DNA of 42,973 nucleotides from a virus (Duplodnaviria; Heunggongvirae; Uroviricota; Caudoviricetes): IMG/VR virus record IMGVR_UViG_3300011626_000001, positions 1 to 42,973 of that record; one strand, 5' to 3'. Shown piece by piece: positions 42,133 to 42,973 of this stretch (position 1 is its first letter; each line of letters starts with the position of its first letter). The notes under the pieces were generated by a model. It saw only the letters and a program-made list of their open reading frames with translations, ran no database searches and was not told where the DNA came from. The position numbers and the translations under genes were made by a program.

Positions 42133-42434
42133 TTAGTGATGAGAGGCTAGAGGAAATAGCTTCAGGTAACACCTGGCGAGTTGGGGAACTAACAGATATG
42201 GCGCAGGAGCTACTGGCGCATCGCAAGGCGCGCGAAGGATGGCAGCTTGTGCCGGTTGAGCCGACAGAAAACATGGTGATTGCTGGATTTGAGTCCGAAC
42301 CTGACGAATCTTTTAGCACCGACGAAGAATGGGAAGCATACGAAGCAATGAGCGGATGTCAGCAGGCCGCACATAGGGCAAAGCTTTGTTATGCAGCAAT
42401 GCTGGCAGCCTCTCCTGAACTCACCTCAGATTGA
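42129..42434 (+). CDS. Hypothetical protein (101 aa)
   Basis: ORF in track; overlapping start. Confidence 0.45.
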   Translation: MISDERLEEIASGNTWRVGELTDMAQELLAHRKAREGWQLVPVEPTENMVIAGFESEPDESFSTDEEWEAYEAMSGCQQAAHRAKLCYAAMLAASPELTSD

Positions 42435-42486
42435 CCCCCTCCCCGCCCTGATATACTGTTTATGCAAACAGTATTAAGGCGGATAT

Positions 42487-42750
42487 ATGCGCACATTCAT
42501 AAGCGGAGTCGCGTTCTATATGCTTGATGAAGGCGAGCGCCTGACCAGGGCTCAAGTCTACAGCAATCAGCACACATGCGGCTATGTCATCTGGCCGCGT
42601 GACGGGAAGTGGGACGTGCGCAAAATGGGATTGCGGGGCTGGGAGAAGATAACCGACAAGCTATTCGACACGGAAAACGAGGCTTTAGTTTTCGCATACG
42701 ATAAGTATTGCGATGAAGAAGAGATTAAGAGCCGGGCATGGCGTCGGTAG
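42487..42750 (+). CDS. Hypothetical protein (87 aa)
   Basis: ORF in track with upstream SD-like sequence. Confidence 0.45.
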   Translation: MRTFISGVAFYMLDEGERLTRAQVYSNQHTCGYVIWPRDGKWDVRKMGLRGWEKITDKLFDTENEALVFAYDKYCDEEEIKSRAWRR

Positions 42751-42778
42751 CGGTATACTCAGGGAAGGAGGAAAGCTC

Positions 42779-42973
42779 ATGTCACATAATATCGCAGCAC
42801 GCAGCAAAGAAGAACGCGACCGGATGAACGTCGATTTAGCCGCGTCCGGAGTGGCTTACAAGGAGCGTATGAACAAGCCTGTTATCCCGATGGAAGTGGA
42901 GTTGCAGCAGCCGGAAGCGTTGCGCGCCTACTTTAAGGAGCGGCTAGAATTCTACAGGGAAGAGTCGAATAAA
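42779..42973 (+). CDS. Hypothetical protein, 3' end beyond the window (partial)
   Basis: ATG preceded by AGGAGG; reading frame open to the window end. Confidence 0.45.
   Translation, partial: MSHNIAARSKEERDRMNVDLAASGVAYKERMNKPVIPMEVELQQPEALRAYFKERLEFYREESNK

Noticed and set aside
1-42973. Insertion sequences or transposase genes
   Set aside because: No transposase-like ORF or terminal inverted repeats seen; the cargo insertions look like promoter/terminator-flanked morons instead

Overview
This 42,973-bp window is almost entirely one lambdoid siphovirus prophage (a lambda / P22 / phage-21-type mosaic), probably from an enterobacterial genome. Integrase and att sites are not in the window, and I found no rRNA, tRNA, CRISPR array or transposase. 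Left to right: a LexA-box-controlled accessory operon and two tail-fibre genes (0.3-3.4 kb); a J-like tip protein, minor tail proteins and tape measure (3.4-10.5 kb); an AT-rich moron island inside the tail operon (10.5-11.8 kb); tail chaperones, major tail, head-tail connectors, capsid and scaffold (11.8-17.6 kb); an opposite-strand moron (17.6-18.1 kb); MuF-like protein, portal and terminase (18.1-22.7 kb); a Rha-antirepressor insertion bracketed by a duplicated hairpin (22.8-24.8 kb); an Rz/Rz1, SAR-endolysin, pinholin lysis cassette (24.8-26.0 kb); an antisense moron and Q (26.3-27.6 kb); the nin region, P, O with internal ori iterons, a ParB-like gene, cII and cro (27.6-32.9 kb); OR and cI (32.9-33.6 kb); a cI-linked cargo locus in the slot lambda uses for rexAB (33.7-35.0 kb); a run of terminator hairpins; OL/PL, nutL and N; and an early-left operon with exonuclease, RecT, MazG-like and HNH genes (35.9-43.0 kb). 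Late, structural and early-right genes are on the minus strand; cI, N and early-left genes are on the plus strand. The best candidates for an undescribed system are the cI-linked 2-TM peptide plus ClpP/S49-fold peptidase-like protein, the tail-operon moron island, and the SOS-box operon at the left end. All functional calls come from reading the translated ORFs and remembered family signatures, with no database search run. Coordinates for features I defined by eye (hairpins, operators, shortened starts) are approximate to a few nt.
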